From assembly GCA_000004985.1 (NCBI GenBank), contig GG738862.1: 64,000 nucleotides of DNA, one strand, 5' to 3'. Source of the stretch: Naegleria gruberi (taxonomy: Eukaryota). The translations under genes were made by a program, and so were the position numbers. The notes under the pieces were generated by a model that did no database searches, was not told where the DNA came from, and worked only from the letters and a program-made list of their open reading frames with translations. Positions 33,775-45,492 of the stretch are shown piece after piece. Positions within the stretch are counted from its first letter, which is position 1. Every line of letters begins with the position of its first letter.

Positions 33775-36700
33775 TTGAGTACAAATTATAATCCCCTCCT
33801 CTCCGCAAGCTCCACCAATACATCATTTCCAAAATGCAATGACACTAATCTCAGTAACCTTCTTAAAAATCTTCAAATTTTCCCTCTTTCACTGAATTTT
33901 GTGAATAGAAAACCAAAAAAAAAGAGTTGCCACACTAACATGCCACCATTGATCAGTTCATCATCTCTAAATGGTGATGAATTGGAAGAACTTGATCTCA
34001 ATGAAGATTATGCTAGTGGTGAAGTGTTTAAGAATGGGAATGATGATGATTCGTCTCCAGAGCCATTGCATAAGGGAGCTTCTTGGATATCAATCTTGTT
34101 CTTTATGTTTGCTGGCAAGTTGATGAGTATTGGCTTTAGAAGGGCTGGTGAGAATTATTTGATGAAAATGATAAAGAACATGTTGAATCGTGTTGGAATC
34201 TTTGGTCGATTTGAGATTAGAAAGGAGGAGGGAATGAATCATGGGGATATTCCCAAGTTGGCCGAAAGTGAAAAGTCAAGCAATCATTGTGAATTATTCG
34301 AAAGAGAATATAGAGAATTGTATCGTGAGAGGGGCAATTATCGTGAAGATGGAGGATTTAGAAAGAATTATGGAGGTCTATTGTTGAGAGTAATTGAGAG
34401 AGTTTATAGAAGAAGAGGATTGTATACAGTTTCTTTGTGGAGAGTTGCAGAAATGATATGTTTGTACATGTCACCACTCATTCTCTATATTTTACTCGAG
34501 TCAATCAAAGTTGATGAGTATGTGAAAAGTGCTATACCAGCAGCCACTCAATATTTAATTCCAACATCTTCTTACGGAATATTGAGTAATGACACTGTCA
34601 TTGCATCCAATTTCACAATGAACAATGAAACAAATTGGTTTCAAGAAAACTTGCCACTCTCAAATATTTTCTTCCAGTTAACTTTGGTACTTTTTTGCAA
34701 CTTCTAAAATTTGGATTCCACTCATTGGAGCTCTTCAAGGTTCAATCCTGCAAAAGTTGAATAGAATCAAGAGTGTGGAAAGAAGAAAATTCAAAAGTGG
34801 TGAGTTGAACAATCTATTTGCCATAGACACCAGAAGTGTAGCCATGGATGGTATTGATATTCATGAAGCTTGGTTAATGCCATTGACCTTAATTGTTGGT
34901 ATTGTGTTGGTTTTCGTATTTTTTGGATATAGCTCACTTGTTGGTGTTCTTGCAATGATTATATGTGGACCAGTTCTTCCATTTTTGGGTAAATATCAAA
35001 CTAGTTTTGCAGGCAAAGCTGCACAATTCAGAGATGAAAGAATCAAACACATGAGTGAAATATTGAATGGTATTAGAATTGTTAAATTTTATGTTTTTGA
35101 AGATAAGATGAAAGAAAAGGTTAATCAAGCAAGAGAAAAGGAATATTCACTCCTCCGAAAGTATGTTACTGTAATGAGTGGATATTGCTTTACTTCATCC
35201 CTGATGGCCATTGTTGGAAGTGGAGCTACTTTTGTGACTTTCTACTATGCAGGTGGAGATTTGACTTTACCTAAAATGTTTACTGGACTAGTGTTGTTTG
35301 GAACCTTTAGATTACCATTGTTGCATTTACCTTGGGCCATTTCAAACTTGGTTTTCGCCTATGTGAGTGCCAAACGTATTGGTAGATTCTTGTTTAGTGA
35401 AGATACTGAGAAATTGCCACATGATCATGAAAATAAGGCAAACTTGTGGGAATTTGATGAAGAACAAACAGAATTTTCGTCCATTATGGATAATGACACT
35501 GCTATTGAATGTAAGGATGCTTCCATTGGATGGTCAGAAGAGGAAGCTCCAACCCTCACTGATTTAAATTTGAAAATTGAGAGAGGAAAGCTCTACTGTG
35601 TCATTGGTAATACTGGTAGTGGAAAATCAACCTTAATTTCCTCCATTTATGGTGAATCTGTTGTAAAGAGCGGAAAAGTTAAAGTTAATCCATTGTGTAA
35701 TATTTCACTCAGTGATGAAACCCCATGGTTGATCAATGCATCTGTAAGGGAAAATATTGTCTTTGATAAGAATTTAACTTTTGACAGGGAAAGATATAAT
35801 AGAATATTGGATGTTTGTCAATTAAGAGATGATCTCAGTCGATTCCCAAATTATGATAAGACTGAAATTGGTTTTTCTGGAATTAATCTTTCAGGAGGTC
35901 AAAAACATAGAATTAGTTTAGCCAGAGCTTGTTACAGTAATTCTGAAATTGTCTTGATGGATTCCACACTCAACTCAATTGATGCCAAATTGTGTAGAAA
36001 GATTTTCAATGAATGCATTTGTGGATTTTTGAAGGATAGAACTAGAATTCTCGTTACACATTCACTTCAATTATTGGAAATGGCTGATGAAGTCATTGTT
36101 TTTGAGAATGGAAAGTTGATTGCTAAAGGGTCTTTGAAGGAAATTAAGAATTCCTATGACTTTTCCAAACTAATCTCTGAAGAAAAGGAAGAAAGTGAAA
36201 CAGAAGAGAATGAAGTAACAGAAAAGGATATGAAACAAGACGAAAAGAAAGGTCAACTCGTCGCTGCAGAAGATAAGAGCTATGGTGAAGTTAGTTGGTC
36301 TGTCTTTATGACCTATATCCGTCGGTGTGGAATTTTCTTAACTGTCATCAGTCTCCTTTTGAATGTAATGTCAATGGGTGCAAAAACAGCAAGTCAAGTC
36401 TGGATATCTGTTATGAATAGTGACATGCTTAGCTTACCTCTGGTTGCCTATGTTTGGGTTTTCTTCTCTTTTGGATTAATGGACTGTTTCATCATTTTCT
36501 TTAAGGAACTAAGCTTAGGATTTGCCACATTGAAAGGTTCTAACAATCTTCATAGAAGTATGCTGAATAACATTCTGAGAGCACCAATTCAATTCTTTGA
36601 TCAGAATCCAGTCGGAAGAATATTGAATAGATTCACTCAAGATTTGGAAACTTTGGATAATATGGTCATGTTTGCTTCGGATTTTATTAGCAATGTATTG

Positions 36701-38138
36701 AATATCATCTTTACCTTAACTCTAATTTCTGTAATTAATCCAATGTTTTTAATTGTGGTTGTTCCAATTGGTTTTGCATTTTACATAATTCAAGAATATT
36801 ATAGGACTACATCAAGAGAACTTAGAAGATTGGAATCGATTTCAAAGAGTCCTGTAATGTCACATTTCAATTCTTGTCTGGAAGGCGTCAATACTGTCAA
36901 GGCATCTCTTGTACATTCGAATATTTATGAGGATAGTTTTAACAAGATTGACTTTGCAAATAAGCATACCTTTAACAGATTTATGGTGAACAGATGGTTG
37001 GGTGTTAGAATCCATCTCAGTAAGTATTTTCACATTAACATTATTGCTCATCTTCACAGTTTCTCAATCTGTTTTGTTTTTTACTGCTATCTTTGCTATC
37101 ATTGCCAAACATACTCAAGAAATTAGTAGCCCAGCTTTCCTTGTATTGACCATTTCAAACTCTCTTCAGTTGAGTGATTGTTTCCAATCACTAGTTCGTT
37201 CGTTTGTTGAAGTTGAAAGTAACATGACTTGCGTGGAGAGAATTGTGTACTATGCTCAAAGTATCCCACAAGAAGCTGCCTACGATAAAGAAGGTGATCC
37301 AACCACAAGAGAATGGCCAACTAAGGGACACATTCAATTAGATCAATTGTCGGTAAGATACAGAGATGATTTGGATCCAGTTTTGAAGAATCTCGATTTG
37401 GATATCAAAGCAGGCACCAAAGTTGGTGTTGTAGGAAGGTATGTTTGAATATTTCTAACTTTCAAAATTAATATATAACATGAATATAGAACTGGAAGTG
37501 GAAAGAGTACTTTATTGATTTCTCTATTCAGATTCCTTGAAGCCAATGAAGGTAGCATCTCAATCGATGGTCTAGATATTTCCAATATTGGTTTGAGAAC
37601 TTTACGTAAAGCATTATTAATCATTCCTCAACAACCTGTTCTATTCTCTGGATCTATTCGATACAATTTGGATCCTTTCGATGAATTTGAGGATTATGAA
37701 ATATGGAATGCCCTCGAACGAGTTCATATGAAAGAAAAGATTCAACCACTCCAACTCTCCTTCACTGTTACTGAGAATGGAAGCAATTTTTCAATTGGTG
37801 AAAGACAATTACTCTCCCTTAGTAGATGTATTTTGAGGAAGGCAAATATTATCATCTTTGATGAATCCACTGCCTTTGTAGATCATAATAGTGATGAGTT
37901 GGTTCAGAAGGTTGTTAGGGAGGAATTTAAGGATAGTACAATCATAACCGTTGCTCACAGATTGGACACCATCATTGATTCGGATTGTATTGTATTTATG
38001 AAGGAGGGTGAAATTATAGAAACTGGAAGTCCAAAGGAATTACTCTTAGATGAAAGATCGAATTTCTCCTCTCTTGTGAGGGAAACTGGTAAACAATACT
38101 CTGACCACTTGAAGAACAAAGCTTTCAAGCTTGCTTAA
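33775..38138 (+). CDS. ABCC (MRP-type) ABC transporter, multi-exon. Resolved introns 37020..37059 (40 nt) and 37439..37489 (51 nt); N-terminal exon structure unresolved (frame change near 34680-34760); candidate starts 33775 or 33940
   Basis: TMD1 segment (ILNGIRIVKFYVFEDKM…). NBD1 has Walker A GNTGSGKST, signature LSGGQKHRISLAR and Walker B IVLMDS. TMD2 is present. NBD2 Walker A GVVGRTGSGKST is reconstructed across the GTATGT intron, followed by ABC signature and Walker B (IIIFDEST). Confidence 0.75.
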
Positions 38139-38812
38139 TAATTTTTTAAATAAACCACAATTCGAAAGATGCAATTTTCATGAAACCTCACAACAACTAA
38201 GGAATTAAGGTGAACAACAACGAGAGATAAGGGAACAATACAGCAAAATACCATCCATTGAACGGACAGAGCCACCATTCAGATGACTGTTTCCTGTTCA
38301 TTCTCTCGTTTCATCTGAGGAAGTGGCCTGTCTTTTAGTATCTTTTTTCATGACCAAACTGTGATTGAAGAGGACTGCTAGCTAATGAATTTTGGGTTCA
38401 TCATTTCGAAAAAGAATGTGCTTAGTGGAAAAACATGATAGTTGAACTTGGCTTTACAACGTAAACTTATTTATCCATTTGAGGATCTCTTAATTTCCAA
38501 ACAATTTTCCCAAAATTGCCTCATAAATTATCAACCTATCATCCCTCATCTTGAAATTATTGAAATATTTTAAGCCAATGATTGTTTTAAGTTGTTTACA
38601 TGTTAGAGTACTGTAACGTAAACTTGTAACAAGATTTTGTGCGCATTCCACTACATTCTTCAGAGGTCACTACCGATACTGCTTCTTGTTCACACCAGGG
38701 ATGATATCGAGGATTTTGTTGAGTTTTTCACAAACACAACAACAGAAAAAAACGAACAAATTGAGGATTTGAGGATCTTTGATAACAATTTTGAAGAGTA
38801 ATATATAGCAAG

Positions 38813-40349
38813 ATGAGTGATATTGCAAGCGATTTTGAAACTGTACCAGAACCATACAAGATTAAGGTAGTAGAACCAATTAAATTAATTGCAAGACAGG
38901 AGAGAGAAGTTGCCATTAAGGAAGCTGGCCTCAATCAATTCTTATTAAAATCTGATGATGTTTTCATTGACTTATTAACGGACAGGTAAGTGGTATTATC
39001 TTGTTTCAAACCTATATAAAATCGGAACTTATTCAACTTTATCAATTTGTTACAGTGGTACAGGTGCAATGAGTCAAAACCAGTGGGCTGGGATGATGCT
39101 TGGTGATGAATCATACACTGGAAGGTTTGTTTTCATTTTCTTCTTTTAACCAAATGATGTAATAATAACTATTAATACATAATATGTAATCAGCCGTAAT
39201 TATTATAATCTCCAAAAGAGTGTGGAAGATATCTTGGGATTTAAATACTATTGTCCAACCCATCAAGGAAGAGGTGCTGAAAATATCTTGTTTGGTATCA
39301 TCATTAAGAAGGGTCAATATATTCTCGGAAATTATCACTTTGATACTACAAAGGCACATATTGAATTGAATTCTGGTTTGGCTGTCAATTTAATTCATGA
39401 AAGAGCTTATAACACATCTGTTGAACATCCATTTAAGGGAAATATTGATCTTGAAAAGTTGGAACACTTTATTGTGGAAAAGACTCCAGAAAAGATTGCA
39501 TTCTTGTTAATGACCATCACTTGTAATAGTGTTGGTGGTCAACCTGTTTCAATGGAAAATCTTCGTGGTGCCTATCAAGTTGCAAAGAAGTATAATTTAC
39601 CAATCTTTATTGATGCTGCTCGTTTTGCAGAGAATGCTTACTTTATTAAGAAGAGAGAAGCAGGTTATGAAAATAAGACAATTACAGAAATTGTTTGAGA
39701 AATGTTCTCATACAGTGATGGTTGTACAATGAGTGCCAAGAAGGATGGTCTTGTCAATATTGGTGGTATGATTGGTATTAAGGAGGATGAAGAATTATTC
39801 AAAAAGGTTAAACAAAGATGTGTTCCAATGGAAGGTTTCCCAACTTATGGTGGTTTGGCTGGCAGAGATATGGAAGCTTTGGCAATTGGTATGAGAGAAG
39901 TTGTAGATGAAGCTTATTTGGCTTCTCGTATCGATCAAGTTGAATATTTGGGAAGAAAGTTGAAAGAAGCTGGCATTCCTATTCAACAACCGTTGGGAGG
40001 TCATGCAGTTTTCATCAATGCTAAAGAATTCTTGCCTCACATTCCTCAAACTCAATATCCAGCTCAAGCTCTCTGTGTGGAATTGTATCTTGAGGGTGGT
40101 GTTAGAGCTGTTGAAGTGGGAACTTTATTGGCAGGTAGAGATCCAGAAACTGGTTTGGAAATTTTACCTGAACTCGATCTTTTACGTTTGACAATACCAA
40201 GAAGAGTTTATACAAATAATCACATGGATTGGGTTGCCACTTGCTTGAAGAGAATTGCTGCCAGAAAGGACAGGATTAGAGGGTTGAAGATTGTTGAAGA
40301 ACCACCAATTTTACGTCACTTTATGGCAAGATTTGATTGGGCAGAATAA
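38813..40349 (+). CDS. tnaA-like: Tryptophanase (tryptophan indole-lyase, beta-eliminating lyase family); exons 38813..38985, 39056..39124 and 39194..40349; introns 38986..39055 (GTAAGT, 70 nt) and 39125..39193 (GTTTGT, 69 nt). In-frame TGA at 39696..39698
   Basis: The protein is collinear with bacterial TnaA: …FIDLLTDSGTGA…, THQGRGAEN, and [12 protein letters not shown] containing the PLP lysine. Introns have correct phase. A single TGA splits two same-frame ORFs (…[13 protein letters not shown]…) and aligns to a conserved Arg (E. coli ITRETYKYAD). Confidence 0.8.
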
Positions 40350-40723
40350 ATTATTTTTATTTTGTAAAGTTAATATAATATTTAAGATTAACAGACGAAC
40401 ATTCGACAATGTAGCTACCATTGAATCCATTCAAACAAACAAAAAAATGAGCGTGAATATATAAAATGGTCGACCAATTTTCTATTGAATTGTATGATTG
40501 GAATAGATTCTCCAAGAATGTAAGTACACGATTAGTTTCGAATAATTAAATGTGAAATGAAATGCAGGTATTGCTCGATAGAACTGCTTTGATTTTTAAA
40601 CCTTATGATGTCACTCCAAAAGAAAACACTTGGATTGGGATGAAAGTGGAAAAGTGGAAGATCTGATTCCACAACTGAATAAACCCAGATCAAACCAAAA
40701 CCATAACTTCTCTCAAAACTTCT

Positions 40724-40795
40724 GCTGACGGACGGGATCGAACCGGCGACCAATGGCTTATTAGACCAACGCTCTACCGACTGAGCTACGCCAGC
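40724..40795 (-). tRNA. tRNA-Ile(AAU)
   Basis: Reverse complement GCTGGCGTAGCTCAGTCGGTAGAGCGTTGGTCTAATAAGCCATTGGTCGCCGGTTCGATCCCGTCCGTCAGC folds as a cloverleaf with anticodon loop CTAATAA, TTCGATC T-loop and discriminator A. One mismatch in each of the anticodon and T stems. Confidence 0.75.
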
Positions 40796-40872
40796 TTATT
40801 GATAATAATTGGTTTTAATAATTCTGTAAATGATGCTATGTCATTTGACATTTTAAATATATAACTCAAATT

Positions 40873-40986
40873 GAAATTGTTCTCAATAAAATGTAGGGTT
40901 TGTTTAGAAATTGTTCTCAATAAAATGTAACATAACGTAGCTCTTTCAACGTTAAAATTATTAAATACCAACTGAGCTACGCCAGC
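40873..40986. repeat. Two 23-bp tandem copies GAAATTGTTCTCAATAAAATGTA (40873..40895, 40907..40929) plus a 20-nt duplicate of the tRNA-Ile 5' end (40967..40986), all just upstream of tRNA-Ile
   Basis: Exact direct repeats 34 bp apart. ACCAACTGAGCTACGCCAGC is the reverse complement of the first 20 nt of the tRNA with one mismatch. Confidence 0.7.
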
Positions 40987-41134
40987 TTCTAGAAGACCCT
41001 TAATGAACTTAGCAAATACCTTACCATGGTGGACAAGCTAAAAGTACTATTTTTGAACATTTTGGTAAATTGTGGTTGGTTCTCTTCTAACATGAATACA
41101 GAAGATGTCACATCTCTTTAGAACATCATAAAAC

Positions 41135-42553
41135 TTGACAAGAAAAAATAAGCAAACAAAGCAGATCTGCAAGATTTTGAAAATTAATTTCGGCGGAACT
41201 ATTCATCAAAAAAACATGGAGAAAAAACTCGAGTCTCTCCAACGAGAAGAAATATTTTCAGATGATATTTGTTTTGAAATAATTTCCATGATTGATGATT
41301 CGTGGTTTATTTTGAATAATTGTTCCTTGATTTCAAAACAATTCTTTAATGTGATCAAGGAACGTTCAAAACTTTTTATTGAATTTAAAAAAAAATTTAC
41401 AGAAAAAAGAATTGAACTATTCACAAAGAGTCAATTTATGAATAGTATTGTTAAAGTTAAATTTTCAACAAATTTGTTTGTCTCTATTGAAAATCACAAA
41501 TTCATAAGTGAAATGAAACAATTAACTTCACTTAATATTTCTAACAATCAAATTAATGATGAAACAGCCAAATCAATAATTGAAATGAAACGATTAACAT
41601 CACTTGATATTGGTGGAAATCAAATTGGTGATGAAGGAATCAAATTAATTAGTGAAATGAAACAATTAACATTACTTGATATTAGTGGAAATAGTATTGG
41701 TGATAAAGGAGTCAAACCAATTAGTAAAATGAAACAATTAACATCACTTAATATTTATAACAACGAAATTGGTGTAGCAGGATCCAAATTTATAATTGAA
41801 ATGAAACAATTAACATCACTTGATATAAGCTACAATGAAATTGGTGATGAAGGAGCCAAATCAATAAGTGAATTGAAACAATTAACATCACTTACTGTTA
41901 GTGGAAATCAAATTGGTGATGAAGGAATCAAATTAATTAGTGAAATGAAACAATTAACATTACTTGATATTAGTGGAAATAGTATTGGTGATAAAGGAGT
42001 CAAACCAATTAGTAAAATGAAACAATTAACATCACTTAATATTTATAACAACGAAATTGGTGTAGCAGGATCCAAATTTATAATTGAAATGAAACAATTA
42101 ACATCACTTGATATAAGCTACAATGAAATTGGTGATGAAGGAGCCAAATCAATAAGTGAAATGAAACAATTAACATCACTTACTATTAGTGGAAATCAAA
42201 TTGGTGATGAAGGAATCAAATTAATTAGTGAAATGAAACAATTAACATTACTTGATATTAGTGGAAAATCAGTTGGTGATAAAGGAGTCAAATCAATTAG
42301 TAAAATGAAACAATTAACATCACTTACTATTTATACCAATGAAATTGGTGTAGCAGGAGCCAAATTTATAAGTGAAATGAAACAATTAACATCACTTGAT
42401 ATAAGCTACAATGAAATTGGTGATGAAGGAGCAAAATCAATAAGTGAATTGAAACAATTAACATTACTTGATATTAGTGGAAATGGAATTGGTGATGAAG
42501 GATCCAAATTTATAATTGGAATGAAACAATTAAAATCACTTGATATTCAGTAG
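41135..42553 (+). CDS. F-box-like / RNI-type LRR protein (paralog B, 472 aa; alternative start 41216)
   Basis: N-terminal EIFSDDICFEIISMI motif, then about 16 repeats of a 24-aa LRR (MKQLTSLDISGNQIGDEGAKSISE). Confidence 0.7.
   Translation: MTRKNKQTKQICKILKINFGGTIHQKNMEKKLESLQREEIFSDDICFEIISMIDDSWFILNNCSLISKQFFNVIKERSKLFIEFKKKFTEKRIELFTKSQFMNSIVKVKFSTNLFVSIENHKFISEMKQLTSLNISNNQINDETAKSIIEMKRLTSLDIGGNQIGDEGIKLISEMKQLTLLDISGNSIGDKGVKPISKMKQLTSLNIYNNEIGVAGSKFIIEMKQLTSLDISYNEIGDEGAKSISELKQLTSLTVSGNQIGDEGIKLISEMKQLTLLDISGNSIGDKGVKPISKMKQLTSLNIYNNEIGVAGSKFIIEMKQLTSLDISYNEIGDEGAKSISEMKQLTSLTISGNQIGDEGIKLISEMKQLTLLDISGKSVGDKGVKSISKMKQLTSLTIYTNEIGVAGAKFISEMKQLTSLDISYNEIGDEGAKSISELKQLTLLDISGNGIGDEGSKFIIGMKQLKSLDIQ
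41627..42490 (+). repeat. Higher-order tandem repeat inside the LRR gene: three 288-bp units (4 LRRs each) at 41627..41914, 41915..42202 and 42203..42490. The first two are about 98% identical
   Basis: GGTGATGAAGGAATCAAATTAATTAGTG… recurs at exactly 288-bp spacing, with only a few substitutions between units 1 and 2. The 72-bp sub-period corresponds to one LRR. Confidence 0.8.
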
Positions 42554-42876
42554 TATTATACAGTCAATCCTTTGTTAAGCACTAACATATGGTTCCTTTA
42601 AATTACGATTAGTTAACCTAATATAAATGTAGCAAGTATTTTAACAGTCCAACCTGCATTACAATGGACAGTGTTATTGTAAAAGGAGTGGGATTGAAAC
42701 AAGCAAGGAATTTCATAGATTGGGAGTAACTGGCTGTCAGGAATCAACAGGCAACAGAATTAATCGAAAAGGAAAATGGAATGATAGATTAATGACTTAA
42801 AAATCGATTTGACACTCTATCATCAATCGAGCTATTGTTCCATCTTCCTGGTTGTTACTAACTTCCACCATAAAAA

Positions 42877-44148
42877 TTGCAATCAACTTGCTGCATTGAG
42901 TTCCACTTAAAAAAAATAGGCAGAACAATGTTCCCATTTCACAAACGGAAAACCCAACTGTTGGACGAAACTTCATTGGAAACAGTGGATATTTTGTCTC
43001 TTGTTTTTCAATTTCTCGAGCTGAAAGAATTATTCGCTCTCCAAAAAGTATCACCCTTCTTCTACCGAACCATTGAACATTTGAAATCCTTACTGATCCG
43101 ACCAATATATGAAGTTGGTTTAGTTTCGTCCGATAAGAAACAATTATCGGAATTTCTTCAACTTACTTTAAAATCAGAATTAATTAGTTCAGCCACAAAG
43201 GAAAACCCACAAAAAGTTTCAAGTACTAGATACACTTATTATTCTACAACCGAAATCGACATGACAGATAAAAATGATGGCAATCAGCTCAAAAGTGTGA
43301 AATTTGGAGAGCATCATATGATTCATGCTTTTAACAAGGTTGAAAAGGAGTTTGTCTTTAAGAATGATAGATTTAGAGTATTCTTTTATCCATTGTATTG
43401 TGAAAAGAGTACGAGTTTATCACATGATGATTATCAACGACTGGATGGGTTCATATTTTTGAATCCAAACAGCAAAGATGGATATTCAACAATGCCGAAT
43501 GGATGTAGTTTTTGTGCAACACTCTTGGATTATAATAATTCTTCAGTTGCCAATGAAACAGTACTAATGCCAGTAAGAAATTTCGGATCTTTTAAAGTTG
43601 AGAAAGTGAGTGAAAGATATTCGATAGAACAATCAATTCTCGACTGTATTAATTACATTTCAGAGAACTCAAATCGATCAATTCAATTGAACTCAATAGG
43701 AGATGGCTTAAAATCATGTTTATTAGAAAAAATTTCATTAATCATTAAGGAACCCAATGATGAAATGGTTGCCACTAAAATATCAGATCTATTCAAGAAC
43801 AAATACACACTCAAAGAGCTGATACTCTCAGAGAAAGTGAGATACATGACCAGAAAATTGAATTTCTTCAATTATCCACACAATGTCCAATTCAGTCTTT
43901 TGAAAAGACTTTACACAGCTCATTTGGGAAATGAAAATGTTAAATTCAAAGATGATCTCTATGCCATTCAGGTTATTTTCAATCAGCAATTCAATTCTAG
44001 AAAAAGGGATTCATACGATGACCATTTGGTGGAAATGAAAACTACGCTCTCATTCAATTTAGTATCTCAGGAAATTAAGTTCGAATACAAGAATATTACA
44101 AGAGCAAGTACTATTGGCATTAGTAATAAAAAGTGCATCATTTGTTAG
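42877..44148 (+). CDS. Hypothetical F-box-like protein (423 aa; probable start 42928)
   Basis: N-terminal motif VDILSLVFQFLELKELFALQKVSPFFYRTI resembles an F-box. The remainder has no recognisable family. Confidence 0.55.
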   Translation: MQSTCCIEFHLKKIGRTMFPFHKRKTQLLDETSLETVDILSLVFQFLELKELFALQKVSPFFYRTIEHLKSLLIRPIYEVGLVSSDKKQLSEFLQLTLKSELISSATKENPQKVSSTRYTYYSTTEIDMTDKNDGNQLKSVKFGEHHMIHAFNKVEKEFVFKNDRFRVFFYPLYCEKSTSLSHDDYQRLDGFIFLNPNSKDGYSTMPNGCSFCATLLDYNNSSVANETVLMPVRNFGSFKVEKVSERYSIEQSILDCINYISENSNRSIQLNSIGDGLKSCLLEKISLIIKEPNDEMVATKISDLFKNKYTLKELILSEKVRYMTRKLNFFNYPHNVQFSLLKRLYTAHLGNENVKFKDDLYAIQVIFNQQFNSRKRDSYDDHLVEMKTTLSFNLVSQEIKFEYKNITRASTIGISNKKCIIC

Positions 44149-44363
44149 TCAATTCCAATTAAGAAAATTCTTCTTAGATCGGAGCAAAATATAAATTTTA
44201 ATTTTAATTAATATTTTAAAAAATGTTGTATTAACAACTTCATCCATCTACCAAATCATCATCACGAATAACAAAATAAATCATCAAAAACAGATATTCT
44301 TTACCTTCATGAAAAACACTAAACCATCATCAATCCTTCTAGTATGGGATTAGCATTTAAAAA

Positions 44364-45446
44364 ATGGGCAATAATCAAACCACTTCTCACAGATCCCTTC
44401 CTACCGAGCATGCATCTTTCTCCAATTCTTCTCGCGAATATGCCAATCAATACATAATGATCGCAGGTGGTCCATCAGTAGTAATTTATCAAGGCTTGGT
44501 TGATCAAATAATTTCTATCGAAAATCGAATAGAAAATGCTGCTAATTATGAGAAGGTAAAGAGTGAATGTCTGAAAGGTATTCAGCAACGTTTGGTGAAA
44601 TATTTCCCTGTTCATTTTCATGATACAGTTTCGGAAAAGATAGAAGAACAATTGGTTGACCTGTGGCATAGCCCCAATTTTAAAGAGGAATACTTTGCGA
44701 ATAGATTCCAGGTAGATCCATACTTGGTCTTGCCAACTGTATTTAATAATTTGGAGAGAGGAATCAAATTTAATTTGAAAAGAACTTGCTTGTTCCAACC
44801 AGCAGGTAGACAATATTATTTCACAACATGCTATTCGAAAACAACTGATAATTTTCCACACAGCCGTAATCAAAAGTTGACATTTGAATTATTTGCTAAT
44901 TGTTTTTCTGCTGATACTTGGGCTGATGTAGTTGGAGCATCATTTTCTCTATCTGACTATGATAACAATCAATATTTAGATGAATTTTATCAAGTGTGTA
45001 GAAGATTGTCTGGATTTTCTACATACAGAATGATTTTAATATTTACTCATCTTGATGTTCTCAATGAAAAGATAAAGTTGGGACTAATTAACTATGGAGG
45101 AGATAAAGATATAGAAATTCGAAAAGAATTCAATCATATTCCAAAAGAATGTGCTCTCATCATTGAATATCTCATCAAAGAAGCCAAAAAAAATATAGAA
45201 ATGAATCCAAGCCATGACTTTCCCAATAGGACATTGGAATACCACATTGTAAATACATCAAGTGACAGTGATATGAAAGAATTATTGGATTGTATTTGTA
45301 TTGGAGCAAATTCTAAGAGAAAATGCTTCATATCCTCTAAAATTGAAATGCCACCTTTCTCATATCCTAACACCAGATTCAAGAGCAACATGCACAGAAC
45401 CTCAGAACTAAATCAGTTTTGTGATATTGCAATATTGCTAAATTGA
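44364..45446 (+). CDS. Hypothetical protein with N-myristoylation-type start (MGNNQT); possibly a degenerate Gα-like pseudo-GTPase
   Basis: Begins MGxxxT. Has weak Gα-like remnants (IMIAGGPSVV in place of the P-loop, TTCYSKTTD, MILIFTHLDVLNEKIK) and no intact GKS P-loop. Family assignment is speculative. Confidence 0.5.
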   Translation: MGNNQTTSHRSLPTEHASFSNSSREYANQYIMIAGGPSVVIYQGLVDQIISIENRIENAANYEKVKSECLKGIQQRLVKYFPVHFHDTVSEKIEEQLVDLWHSPNFKEEYFANRFQVDPYLVLPTVFNNLERGIKFNLKRTCLFQPAGRQYYFTTCYSKTTDNFPHSRNQKLTFELFANCFSADTWADVVGASFSLSDYDNNQYLDEFYQVCRRLSGFSTYRMILIFTHLDVLNEKIKLGLINYGGDKDIEIRKEFNHIPKECALIIEYLIKEAKKNIEMNPSHDFPNRTLEYHIVNTSSDSDMKELLDCICIGANSKRKCFISSKIEMPPFSYPNTRFKSNMHRTSELNQFCDIAILLN

Positions 45447-45492
45447 CTTTAGTTTTCCATTTCCTAAAGGTCAGAACTCTTCAAAATAAAAA

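Noticed and set aside
41530-42540. Highly regular 72-bp repeats, checked as a possible CRISPR-like array or satellite
   Set aside because: The repeats are in-frame leucine-rich-repeat codons inside a long ORF with an N-terminal domain. There are no spacers and no prokaryotic context, so this is a coding tandem repeat.
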